Source of the DNA: Candidatus Thorarchaeota archaeon
GTDB taxonomy: Archaea; Asgardarchaeota; Thorarchaeia; Thorarchaeales; Thorarchaeaceae
Assembly: GCA_016840855.1 (NCBI GenBank)
Contig: JAEORO010000189.1
Location: 1-21,322 of the forward strand
Reading direction: 5' to 3'
Length of the DNA: 21,322 bases
Shown here: piece after piece, positions 9,201-18,200 of the stretch
Layout of the letters: every line of letters begins with the position of its first letter
Numbering within the stretch: the stretch's first letter is position 1
Position numbers and translations under genes: made by a program
Notes under the pieces: generated by a model
Told to the model about the DNA's origin: nothing
What the model saw: the letters and a program-made list of their open reading frames with translations, nothing else
The model's database searches: none

Positions 9201-9642
9201 GTTTCGGAGTGACCTTCGAACCGACCGCACTGATCGCACTCCCGATACTTGCTAGAGAACCGATGAAGGGGATTGCCATGACCACTTCTTTTGCCCACTC
9301 TCTTCCCTCTTCTCTGACGGGTTCTACTCCCTCAACAAATCTCTGGCGAATTTGCCAGAGGATGTCGAACCTTTGCAGCTTGACTCCCTGCAGGACAACT
9401 CCTTTGGTAAGCATGTTTAGACGATGGTAGAATTCTGAGTATTGCTCGCAATCAAGACGTATTGTCTTCTCATGTGTATTCATCCAGTGGTTCAGAAGTG
9501 ATGATTTACCAATTCCACCAATCCCCTTCAGGTGCAGTACAACACTCCTTTCTTTGCATCTGGCAAGAGCATCGTTCATCCATTCAATGTGTTCCTTTCT
9601 GTCCACGAATACATCATCGGATGTTTCGTAGTGCTTGTACAC
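6235..9642 (-). CDS. STAND NTPase-TPR protein, paralog 2 (~1135 aa; start revised to GTG 9642)
   Basis: Same motif series (GIGGIGKSS, LFLLDHFE, ASRR, SGGNPF, LHDLA) and TPR array, largely colinear with paralog 1. GTG-TAC-AAG-CAC start preceded by GTGAGG. Confidence 0.9.
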   Translation of the reverse strand: MYKHYETSDDVFVDRKEHIEWMNDALARCKERSVVLHLKGIGGIGKSSLLNHWMNTHEKTIRLDCEQYSEFYHRLNMLTKGVVLQGVKLQRFDILWQIRQRFVEGVEPVREEGREWAKEVVMAIPFIGSLASIGSAISAVGSKVTPKLKGKYSTIGKWLQETLGKNHIEELLQILWKDPRRAEFLYLEAFLEDINSRADSNTPLLFLLDHFEYVDDTKAQWKYQRQKINETQLWTIFLSNLRNCVGVLASRRPVTDSKLIHVEESELTELDRDSCIEMLELQGVVDNNLQEKIVSVSGGNPFVLDIICDLINASEVSESDIEDLRADTLAEVRLKVWRRLFSEAEGLQSLINRAGLVPYFSERIIHIIAPELTPDSWDRLRRLSFVAMRSDGTFVLHDLAENLVRAGLGRQLSPLVSEVSSLLERESEEEHDLSLFGMALSVEAVFSEDAAMQKAKNIIHKLLRRESGKDALEILRNLSLRTESGRAEHQGMLGWALRVETRYAEAEATLKDAIHTFENLTKEDFAKHRGSVAFYLAILASVMKETARYAEAEVSYTKGLAIIRRLSAENPDRCSEDDAEVLSSFALLLGTFADRPEAGLALAQEAVEIYEQSNERRELPYALNILGIMHQRNSNRDKALLTFRKAIAQQREVISQDPTNTRYKSVFTAICGNLSNELYVRGAINEALDLNRESLDIRRELYAANPDIYGGRYAAALHWYGWRLWQVRQVSKAEPFYREASRIYEELEKKEPGGWTYSSSQNMFDLAYILVALERIVEAESVISKAIQFSEDYKKQARRMPYSMRPLAYELAGPVLQLYSRTFRVEMTESLISNVTEIFEQYERSSHFYEIGEGIVLNNIGASKLYLNQLSGTRNILEKASSLIEKHKEFQLVISMNTFAVSLCNLAILSKREGQLKKANELYLQALSIFDEIAHLIPRVFQQNLAVTLSNYSVLLRKMDLFDEAEVRLSQAIQIEREYAEIEPFLYEPILAIFLNNQGILLSVLNSHPKAEESLNEAIQLRRRLAARTPEMHQAGLAASLYNLGVLLMKTGKSSDAKALFREAAENWDQLIAKAPDLFSPRLAKTLHQLRLTILEDDGTQSEAKAIQKRLWDMNLDFPDDAELWIEEEEPLFSW

Positions 9643-9663
9643 GCTACACGCCTCACTATATGT

Positions 9664-9704
9664 GATGGATGAAATAAACAGAGGTCTTAGATAAGCTAGT
9701 CGGT
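9664..9704 (-). promoter_or_regulatory. Conserved ~41-bp upstream element, copy 2 (putative promoter of paralog 2)
   Basis: The + strand reads GATGGATGAAATAAACAGAGGTCTTAGATAAGCTAGTCGGT, at the same distance from the GTG start as copy 1. Confidence 0.65.
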
Positions 9705-9712
9705 TGTTATCA

Positions 9713-12700
9713 CTAGAAGTCAAGAAGAACTTCTTCAATCTCTTCTGGGTTCTCAACCGTAAATCTGTCTTTGACGACTCGTGGTTCTTTCTTTACCAAT
9801 ACATCCTTGATCTTAGCTACTTCACTTGCAGTAATCTTAGCCTCTTCTTTGTATCCAGATTGACTGTACACTATGCTTAGATTTGTTAGTACAGCTGCTA
9901 AGCTTGGGAGAAACATCACTTCTGTCTTTTCAGCCAATTTTCTTAACAGCTTAAGTGAATCCTTGAGATACTTCATACTCTTGGTTAGATTTTTTTTGTC
10001 GAGGAACACGATGCCAAGATTGTTCAGAGTCCAGGCGAGATGTTTGTCGAACATATCTGGGGAAACCTTGACCAGCTTCTTCCTGATATCTAGACTCTCA
10101 TTCAGTAACTTCTCAGCTTCTTCCAACTTGCCCATCTTTCCAAGAAGAACACCATAATTGTTGAGAACCGAACCGACACGGTTTTGAACTTCGACATCTT
10201 CGGGATTGCTTTTACACAGATCCCTAGAAATTTGGAGTGACTCGATGTATCTCTCTGCTGCATTCTTCATTTTCCCTGTTTTCTGTAATAACAATGCATA
10301 GTTGTTCAGACAATCAGCTATATTGGAACCATGATGTCCTGGAGAAGTTTCCATTAAGTTTCTGAATATCTTCAGAGAGGTATCGTGGGAATCTACAGCT
10401 TGTGAAAATCTGTTCAATTCTGTGTTGAGGACGCCCAAATGAGCGTGAGTGAGGGCTAGAATGAGATCTTCCTCTACAGTGTATTCTTTTGCGAGTTCAA
10501 GAGCTTTGTTGAACATTTCCTCAGCGTCTGCATATCTGCATGTCTGTATTAATAATGTTCCAAGTGTCAGAGATTTCTCAACGATAGCTTCCCATTCTAC
10601 TGCTGGTTCTTTTTGGTATAGGACCATTGTTATCTCTAAAGACCTACGCAAATACTCCTCTGCATCATAAGGTCTATTGGTCTTCCGAAGGGCACGACAC
10701 AGATGTCCAAAAATCGTTCCTCTGAATACGGGGTCCAATTGCTGAAAAGTAGGTGATTCAACAATTTGCCTTGTTATCAATTCTGCATCCAATGGTTTTC
10801 CTATTGATATCCGTATAGCTGCCAAGCTGGAGAGAATTAGATTTGTTGCAGATTGTCTACTCCACCAAAAACCTGACTCTGGTATTTCCTTGCTAAATTC
10901 ATACGATTCTAGCAACATTTTCTCTGCTTCTATTAGTCGGTTTGTATTCATTAGAAACATACCATAGTTCAGACGAACTCCCCAAGCCCCAAGAGTTCGT
11001 GGTAGCTCAAGTCTTGGATCTAGTAAATCTGATTTTCCTAATAAGTCATTGAAGGTAGAGAGACTTTCTTTGTAAGACTCATCAGCTTCTCGCCATCTTC
11101 CTAGTCTCATATAGAACTGTGCTATGTGATATAAGATTCTACCCACATAAAGCAAGTAATCACCAGGTCGTTTGCTAGCAAGTTCTCGCGCAGTAGCAAG
11201 AGCTTCCTGCAGCATGGGTTCACACTCAGCAAACCTGCCAAGTTGAAACAGACAATATCCCCGCCAGTCTTGAATTGCCAAGGTTCCTTCACTCGTGTTT
11301 ATCCTAAGTACCTCCAGCATCTCAAGGAACTCTGTAACAGTTGCACTTGCTCCTGTCGCGATCTGGACTTGGAATTCAAGAGCAACTTTATCAATCGCAT
11401 TTCGAGGACTTGCTCTTGCAAGAGAAGAAATAGCTAAACCTAGCAAAATCAGGTCAGATCTGTCCTTTGAAGCCTTCTCCAATCTGGCCGCGACTTCTTC
11501 ACTTAGTACTTCAAGTCGGTCACTAAGCTCTGCAATAACCAACTCCTCAGCTAAGTCATGCAGAACATAGGTTTCATCTCCAATATTTCTGACAAAGCTG
11601 AGTCGAGTCAATCTGTCCCATTGTTCAGCTTTAATGTCTGGTGCAATAATGTTCATTTCAAGTCTGCTGAAGAATGGTAAAAGTCCAGCGCGATCAATGA
11701 ACGGTGTCAGATCATGTGCCTCATTGAAAAGACGACGCCAAGTTCTGATTCGGACTTCTTCGAGTGTATCTGCTCCGAGATCTTCAATGTCTTCGAACGA
11801 TGTATTTCCTGTGTCGATTAAGTCACAGATAGCACCAATCACAAATGGATTTCCACCGCTCACACTCACTATCTTTTCTTGAAGCTTTGAATCAGATATT
11901 TTTCTTAACCTCAGCAACTCATTGCTACTCTCTGCATTCAATTCGAGCAGCTCAGATTCTTCCACTTGGTCTTTCATTTTCGCGATTACAGCTCGTCTAC
12001 TAGCCATCACCCCAACAGAGTTAGATAACGAACAAAGAAAGACACTCCAGAGTTCCGTTTCTGTAATCTGTTTGCCACCATACCTCCACTTTGCTTTCTC
12101 ATTGTCAACATATTCAAAGCTGTCCAGAAGAAATAGAAGCGGAACATTCATACTACTTCTGAGATTGATATCTTCGAGTAACGCATCGAGATACAAGAAC
12201 TCTGCATGGTGGGGTTCTTTCCACAGAATCTCGAGAAGTCTTTCAACATGATTCTTTCCTAATCTTTCCTGTAACCATTTTCCAACAGTGCTAAACTTGC
12301 CTTTCAGTTTTGGAGTGACCTGAGAACCGACTGCTGAAATTGCACTTCCAATGCTGGTCAAAGTGCCAATGAATGGAATTGCCATGAATACTTCCTTTGC
12401 CCATTGGCGACCTGCTTCCTGAACAGGTTCAACTCCTTCAACGAAACGTTGTCTAATCTGCCAGAGGACATCAAAACGTTGGAGTTTCACACCTTGGAGT
12501 GTCAAGCCTTTAGCTATTATGTTCAATCGATCATAGAACTCAGAATGTTGCTCGCAGTCTACTCGGATTGTTGATTGAATTGTATTTGCCCAATGGTCAA
12601 GCAATGAAGATTTACCAATTCCACCAATCCCTTTGAGATGTAGTACAACACTTTTGCTTTGGCATCGCGCTAGAGCTTGATCCATCCAATTGAGATATTC

Positions 12701-12748
12701 TTCACGATTTACAAAGATTCGTTCAGATGGCTCAAAGTGATCGTACAC
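9713..12748 (-). CDS. STAND NTPase-TPR protein, paralog 3 (1011 aa, more divergent, shorter TPR region)
   Basis: FVNREE, GIGGIGKSS, LFLLDSFE, ASRR, SGGNPF and LHDLA, plus TPRs (CLNNYA, VLNNYG, TLNNLG). GTG start with GAGGT SD-like motif; an in-frame TAA five codons upstream fixes the start. Confidence 0.9.
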   Translation of the reverse strand: MYDHFEPSERIFVNREEYLNWMDQALARCQSKSVVLHLKGIGGIGKSSLLDHWANTIQSTIRVDCEQHSEFYDRLNIIAKGLTLQGVKLQRFDVLWQIRQRFVEGVEPVQEAGRQWAKEVFMAIPFIGTLTSIGSAISAVGSQVTPKLKGKFSTVGKWLQERLGKNHVERLLEILWKEPHHAEFLYLDALLEDINLRSSMNVPLLFLLDSFEYVDNEKAKWRYGGKQITETELWSVFLCSLSNSVGVMASRRAVIAKMKDQVEESELLELNAESSNELLRLRKISDSKLQEKIVSVSGGNPFVIGAICDLIDTGNTSFEDIEDLGADTLEEVRIRTWRRLFNEAHDLTPFIDRAGLLPFFSRLEMNIIAPDIKAEQWDRLTRLSFVRNIGDETYVLHDLAEELVIAELSDRLEVLSEEVAARLEKASKDRSDLILLGLAISSLARASPRNAIDKVALEFQVQIATGASATVTEFLEMLEVLRINTSEGTLAIQDWRGYCLFQLGRFAECEPMLQEALATARELASKRPGDYLLYVGRILYHIAQFYMRLGRWREADESYKESLSTFNDLLGKSDLLDPRLELPRTLGAWGVRLNYGMFLMNTNRLIEAEKMLLESYEFSKEIPESGFWWSRQSATNLILSSLAAIRISIGKPLDAELITRQIVESPTFQQLDPVFRGTIFGHLCRALRKTNRPYDAEEYLRRSLEITMVLYQKEPAVEWEAIVEKSLTLGTLLIQTCRYADAEEMFNKALELAKEYTVEEDLILALTHAHLGVLNTELNRFSQAVDSHDTSLKIFRNLMETSPGHHGSNIADCLNNYALLLQKTGKMKNAAERYIESLQISRDLCKSNPEDVEVQNRVGSVLNNYGVLLGKMGKLEEAEKLLNESLDIRKKLVKVSPDMFDKHLAWTLNNLGIVFLDKKNLTKSMKYLKDSLKLLRKLAEKTEVMFLPSLAAVLTNLSIVYSQSGYKEEAKITASEVAKIKDVLVKKEPRVVKDRFTVENPEEIEEVLLDF

Positions 12749-12768
12749 ACTGTTGACCTCTTACACGC

Positions 12769-12809
12769 GATAAGTGACATAAATAAAGGTCTTAGATAAG
12801 GTCGTCGGT
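12769..12809 (-). promoter_or_regulatory. Conserved ~41-bp upstream element, copy 3 (putative promoter of paralog 3)
   Basis: The + strand reads GATAAGTGACATAAATAAAGGTCTTAGATAAGGTCGTCGGT. It lies in clearly intergenic DNA between divergent genes. Confidence 0.65.
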
Positions 12810-12942
12810 TTTTTGACACGTAAGCAACCTACATCTAGTATTGAAACAATTCGATTATCGGCTACATGAATTGATAGATTTTTAAAGAATTTATGTATAT
12901 AGTGACGCTAGGTATTGCCCTGCGTGAAGGGAGGATGCGATA

Positions 12943-14004
12943 ATGGGTCTTCGAGAATATGTTCTTCGAAGAAGCGTCTATATGATCTTGCTGATTATTG
13001 CAGTCATATGTTTCAATTTCTTTTTATTTAGACTTCCAACTTTTCTATTCGGAGCCAATCCAATCAGTCTGATGCTTAGTGATGAGCTCCGAAGAAATCT
13101 AACTCAAGATCTACTTGAGCAAATGTACCTAAACTTCGGGCTTGTACCTGATCCAGATGTTTTTGATTGGATCTATATGTTCTGGAGATATATTGTGAGT
13201 ATGTTCACTGGTAACTTTGGTGTTTCATTTCTAACGCAAAGACCAGTAATAGACTCAATTGTTGAACGTCTTCCAAACACACTCTTGTTAATGGGAACCT
13301 CTATTTTAGTTTCTATTGTCTTCGGAATGTGGGTTGGTATCAGGGTTGCATCAGATCCTGGTTCTAGAAAAGATCTAGGTGCAATCACTGTATCAATGTT
13401 CACATGGTCTTTGCCCTCTTTTTGGATTGGGATGATGCTTCTGATGATATTTGGCTTCATGCTACCAACATGGACTCAGTCAATATGGGGGGTGCAAATA
13501 GGATTTCCACAGTTCGGAACGATTGATTATGATGTGTGGATTGTTGCAAGAGAGAGTCCGATGGGTGCATTGATGGTGGCTGCTGATGTGTTGAAGCATC
13601 TATTTCTTCCAATGGTGACATTGGCAATCGCTAATTTTGGCGGTTGGTTTCTATTTATGCGAAACAGCCTAGTCACGGTAATGACTGAAGATTATATTCT
13701 TACTGCACGCGCTAAAGGGCTAGATGAAAATCAAGTGCTCTATAAGCATGGCTTAAAGAATGCAATGCTACCAATGGTCACTTTAATCGCTCTCGCTTTT
13801 GGTAGTCTAATTAGTGGCACTGTGCTAATAGAAACTGTCTTCAATTGGAGGGGACTTGGGAAGTTTATCATCGATAGTCTGATAGCTTTAGATTATCCAG
13901 TTGTTCAAACAATCTTTTTACTCATAGCAATTGTAACAATCTTAGCTAATTTTGTCGCGGACTTGCTCTATGGGGTTCTAGATCCACGGATTAAATATGC
14001 ATAG
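12943..14004 (+). CDS. Peptide/nickel-type ABC transporter permease, DppB/OppB family
   Basis: YVLRR N-terminus, GNFGVSF, ERLPNTLLL, SLPSFWIG, HLFLP, EAA-loop EDYILTARAKGL, IETVFNWRGLG, DYP and LDPRI. GGGAGG SD at 12929-12934. Confidence 0.93.
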   Translation: MGLREYVLRRSVYMILLIIAVICFNFFLFRLPTFLFGANPISLMLSDELRRNLTQDLLEQMYLNFGLVPDPDVFDWIYMFWRYIVSMFTGNFGVSFLTQRPVIDSIVERLPNTLLLMGTSILVSIVFGMWVGIRVASDPGSRKDLGAITVSMFTWSLPSFWIGMMLLMIFGFMLPTWTQSIWGVQIGFPQFGTIDYDVWIVARESPMGALMVAADVLKHLFLPMVTLAIANFGGWFLFMRNSLVTVMTEDYILTARAKGLDENQVLYKHGLKNAMLPMVTLIALAFGSLISGTVLIETVFNWRGLGKFIIDSLIALDYPVVQTIFLLIAIVTILANFVADLLYGVLDPRIKYA

Positions 14005-14186
14005 ACTCACAAACCCTCACGAAACTCATTAACTTCTATACAAAGCCTATTATGACTCAATCATTTAGAGAGCGATTTTTGGATAATCTTAACAATCTAG
14101 ATTCAGATATTAAATAGTTAAAAGGCAAACATACCAATTCAATATTAACAAATCAATCTGGAATAACTTTTTGTCATACTTCTTTC

Positions 14187-14194
14187 TATAAATA
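14187..14194 (+). promoter_or_regulatory. Putative TATA box for the TPR-longin gene
   Basis: TATAAATA ends ~30 nt upstream of GTG 14224, consistent with a short-leader or leaderless archaeal transcript. Confidence 0.4.
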
Positions 14195-14223
14195 AGGAAA
14201 CGGAGTATCAGAATTATATCGGA

Positions 14224-15270
14224 GTGAAAAAGCTCGTGCCTGATGAAACCCGCAGCTCTCTTTTCGATAAGAGTGAAAGCGAAAAGGCTTTCGATGCAGG
14301 GAATGTCATCATGAATTATACTAGGGGCGTTCTTCAACACCAGAGGATGAATCTGGATGAAGCAATCAAACTGCTTGAAGAGGCTCTCAATTTAGCTGTT
14401 GAAGGCGATATGTTTGACTATGTCATCAAGTCACAAGTCCAACTTGCATCGGTTCATTTGAAAAGATACCAGATTCATGGCGAGGAAAATGACTATAAAA
14501 CTGCTCTAAACTATTCTGAAAATCTCGCTCAAATTGCAGAGGAACAAAACCTTGCTCCTGGGATTGTTGAATCATTACTACTTCGAGCCATCCTAAAAAG
14601 AACAGCAAAAGATCTAGTTGGAGCAAAACACGATTTATTGAGAGCAAAAGCTTTAGCTCTTGACAATAAACTCGCCACTGTTGTGAAGGTGATTAACCGC
14701 GAGATTGTGGAGCTTCAAAAGCTAGAGAAACCTAACCTCAAATGGGATATTGATTATTCAGAAGAAACGGATTTAGAAGAAAGCTTGGAAGAGATACCTG
14801 GAGTATTTGCTAGACTCATGGAAATGGAGCTCTCACGAAAGCCAATATTGGTACCAGTGAAACTTTATCGACTTGTTGTTATGAAGCCAAAGGACGGTCT
14901 TCCTGTATTCGCGTATGACTTCGATGCTGAATTACAGATGGCAGATTTCTTAGTTTATGGGCTTCTATCCGCAGTAACTTCAGTTGGACTTGAGATTTTT
15001 CCAGATGCTGGTCAGATTAGATCTTTATCTCACGAGGGAAAGACAATCATCATGGAACATGAAGGAGAATATATGGGTGCACTGATTGCAGAGAAAGAAA
15101 ATTTCAGAGCAAGAATTTCCCTTAACAATTTTCTCAAAGGGTTTATCGAGATTGTTCCACCCGAAAAGTGGCATGGAGAGGTTCTCAATAAAGAAGTTAA
15201 GCAAGAAGCAAATTTTCTAGTCGTCAAAACTTTTCGAGACCTTATCCTGCCTGCACCTGAAAGTGATTAG
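14224..15270 (+). CDS. TPR-like helical repeats fused to a C-terminal longin-like domain
   Basis: N-terminal TPR-like helix pairs (RGVLQHQRMNLDEAIKLLEEA; RAILKRTAKDLVGAKHDLLRA). The C-terminal beta-beta-alpha-beta-beta-beta-alpha pattern runs LYRLVVM..DGLPVFAYDF..LVYGLLSAVTSVGLEIF..IRSLSHEGKTIIME..ALIA..LNNFLKGF..WHG, resembling Asgard longin domains. Confidence 0.7.
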   Translation: MKKLVPDETRSSLFDKSESEKAFDAGNVIMNYTRGVLQHQRMNLDEAIKLLEEALNLAVEGDMFDYVIKSQVQLASVHLKRYQIHGEENDYKTALNYSENLAQIAEEQNLAPGIVESLLLRAILKRTAKDLVGAKHDLLRAKALALDNKLATVVKVINREIVELQKLEKPNLKWDIDYSEETDLEESLEEIPGVFARLMEMELSRKPILVPVKLYRLVVMKPKDGLPVFAYDFDAELQMADFLVYGLLSAVTSVGLEIFPDAGQIRSLSHEGKTIIMEHEGEYMGALIAEKENFRARISLNNFLKGFIEIVPPEKWHGEVLNKEVKQEANFLVVKTFRDLILPAPESD

Positions 15271-15272
15271 AA

Positions 15273-18200
15273 TTATCGACGAACCAATTCTTTTTCAATT
15301 GCATCAAGGACTTCATCAACGCGCTCAAGAAGCATTTCTTTTAGTCGTCGACCTGCTGGTTCTGTTGGAGCTTCCATTTCAAATGCTCGAGTGTACATCT
15401 GCTTAGCTTTAATCAGCTCTTCATTCAAAACTTGAAGAACATCTGTACCTGTAAATGGAATCTCCTCAGACACTTCTCGTAACCACTCAAGCTGCGAAAC
15501 CATTTGTTCTCTCATCGTTGAAGAAATACCTACTTCCTCAAGTGAGAGCAGCTCTTCAGGTGTGAGTGCATGTTCAAGTTTTGTGACCCGTTTTCTTGTT
15601 CTTGCGATAAATAAAACAACAGCAATACCAGCGATTCCAGCTAGGCCAAGGTATAGGACCTCTCTTGGGATTGGTGGACTAGACCAGTAGACACTAGGCA
15701 CTCTGTTTCTGTGGTCGACCTTCGTTAGTCCAAATTGATCTTCAAACACGTCGATTTCATAGCTCACGGGACCAACTTCTAATCCCTCAAATGATGCCTC
15801 CCATCTTTGGGTTTCGGCATTGAATAAGGCTTGTTTTCCATTAATTTGGACTATGGTGGTTGGATCATCGATATATGTTTCATCCGATTCATAGCGTAGT
15901 TGGAAGTATACTGTGATGGTGTTCCCTACAGTTGCATTGAAAATAGCTGGGGCAATTGCATCTCTCTCTGAATTGCTAACTCCAGCTAACCAGACATAGA
16001 CACTGTCAAATATGACAGTTACAATGAAATCATCATTTGCATGTAGAACATTAACAGCTGTTGTCTGATCTACTATCACGTCAACTTGGTAATCAAACGA
16101 ACCAGCTTCATTGTAGGATACTGAGATAAGCCAAGATTGATTGACCATATCATAGGTGGCTTCAATCCCATTAATCCATAGTCTACCATTCGTATTAGTG
16201 TATGGTACTTTGTCGTAAGAATATCTCACTTTGAATTTTACTTGAACTGATGAGCCTAGATCGTAGCGCTTAAGGTTTCTGTCACTCCAATAGACCTCAA
16301 ACTCATCCCAAATTATGATTTCTTCATCATTGCTTAGGACATATTTGATACCATATGCTCCAACTTCGATGAACTCTTCAAGAACCGTGTATGCGCGCAT
16401 TCCGACAGAAGATTGAACAAAGTCAATATAATTCAGCGGAAGTGTTCCATTGAATTTGGCTCCATCGTAAGCATAGACTGCGGATTTTTGGATAAAAACT
16501 GGACTACCAATATTTATTCGATTGTGATCCGCAGTTAGAGTAATAATGAGTGCATCCCAAATCACACTCGTTTCATTATTTAGAAGAATGACTGAAATTC
16601 CGTAGACATCACCAAAAGCTGATAACACTGTATATCCTCTACGACCAACTGTAGAGTAGTTTAAGATTGTATTATTGAATGACAATATGCCAACATACGT
16701 TTCATTATCATAGATATATTGAGCATCAACATGAAGTTCAGCTTCATCAAATAAATTGATTCTATCATCTTCAGCCCACATATTCCGTATTGCTATAGCA
16801 TCCCATATCATTGACGGATTCTCTGCAGGTTCTTCAAAAAGCATGACTCCATTTGCATCTACTCCCGTTACTACCCACGACCTGAAATCAATATCTGAAC
16901 TTGAATCAGTGATTACTACCCATCCTGTTTCATTAATTAAATATGGTTCAGAATTCACATAGAGAAATCCATATTCGACATCACTCGAATTCTCCAACCA
17001 TGTACAATGGAAATAGATTGAAATCACTGTCCCAATGTTAACACGTCCATTGACATATCCATCATCGCTAGTAAACGCAAGATTGACCTTTACTATCGGC
17101 GCATCAGTCCAGAACACCTCAATCATCTGAGTATCGAATTCTGTAATACCAAATACACCATCTGTAGCATCAATAACGAGATATTGCTGGTGAACATCTC
17201 CAGGTCCATTCCATATATCAGTGAAATTGTTCATGAAAAGGAATGTACCATTTCTCAGAGTTTCAACAGTCAATGTGCTGGCTCTGCTATTATCGTATTG
17301 ACGTGTTGCAGTAACTGTGAAACTCACTGTATCTCCAAAATGAGCTATTGAGGTATTGGCTTCAATTACAACATTCAACTTGTCCCAGATTATGAATTTG
17401 GGACTGACCTCCTCTATAATCACAGTCAATCCATATATCAGATCTGTGATCTCTGATACCTGAAAGACGTACCCTACAGGATTACTGAATGAATAGCTGC
17501 GATACCAGTACTTATTTCCGGGATCCCAAGTCATTGCTGATCCATTAATATAGACGACACAACCAATTACAATTGGCTGAAAGGCAACTGAGTCATATTC
17601 ATAATCTACCTCAACGTATACATTCTGAGTGTCGCCAACATTAATACGGCTGTCATCCATGTCAATTGAGTACGAAACTATTCGCAACCTGTCCCATATC
17701 ACATAGTCCTCATCGTTGGAACCAATCAACGATATTCCGTAGGAGTCACCAGATGCTGAAATGACAGTGAAATTCCAACGACCAACATCGTTATGCATGA
17801 CGATAGTGTCATTAAGTGTCAGAATCCCATCAAAAAGCTGACCATCGTAGTCATAAGTTGCACTTACAACAATCGAAGCAGCCGTTCCAACATCTATACG
17901 CCTATCATCGACTGTTATTGTTACTGAAATCATGTCCCAGATTACATGCTGGGACTTAGAGTTTTGATTCACCTCTTGAATTTCATAGAAATTACCGGCA
18001 CACGAAACTGTATCAAATGTGATATCTATAACAGACAATTCTGTTCTATTGTGTCTCCAAAAACCAGAACCAAGATGTTGAAAGGCGAATCCATTGATAG
18101 TCACTGTACCATCAATAAGTGGTTTGTAATCATACGCATACTCCAAACTGACAACCACCCAGATATAGTCACCAACATTATCGCGTGCATCACTTGCTTG

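Noticed and set aside
6235-9756. Programmed frameshift or readthrough fusing the three STAND genes
   Set aside because: The two junctions need different frame shifts (-1 and +1), no clear slippery site is present, and each gene has its own start signals.
4728-12251. Similar-looking plus-strand ORFs inside the STAND genes (e.g. 5070-5327, 8237-8800, 11634-11882)
   Set aside because: These are antisense shadows of the conserved paralogs. They are Ser/Leu-rich and show no independent motifs.
2771-12748. Diversity-generating retroelement as the source of TPR variability
   Set aside because: No reverse transcriptase is in the window, and I saw no near-identical template/variable repeat pair differing mainly at adenines.
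6191-12809. CRISPR repeats or IS terminal repeats as the identity of the 41-bp element
   Set aside because: The copies are direct, about 3 kb apart and each tied to a gene start. No cas or transposase genes are seen.
14110-14340. 76-aa minus-strand ORF in the AT-rich spacer
   Set aside because: It overlaps the TPR-longin gene antisense and has no recognisable motif or start signal.
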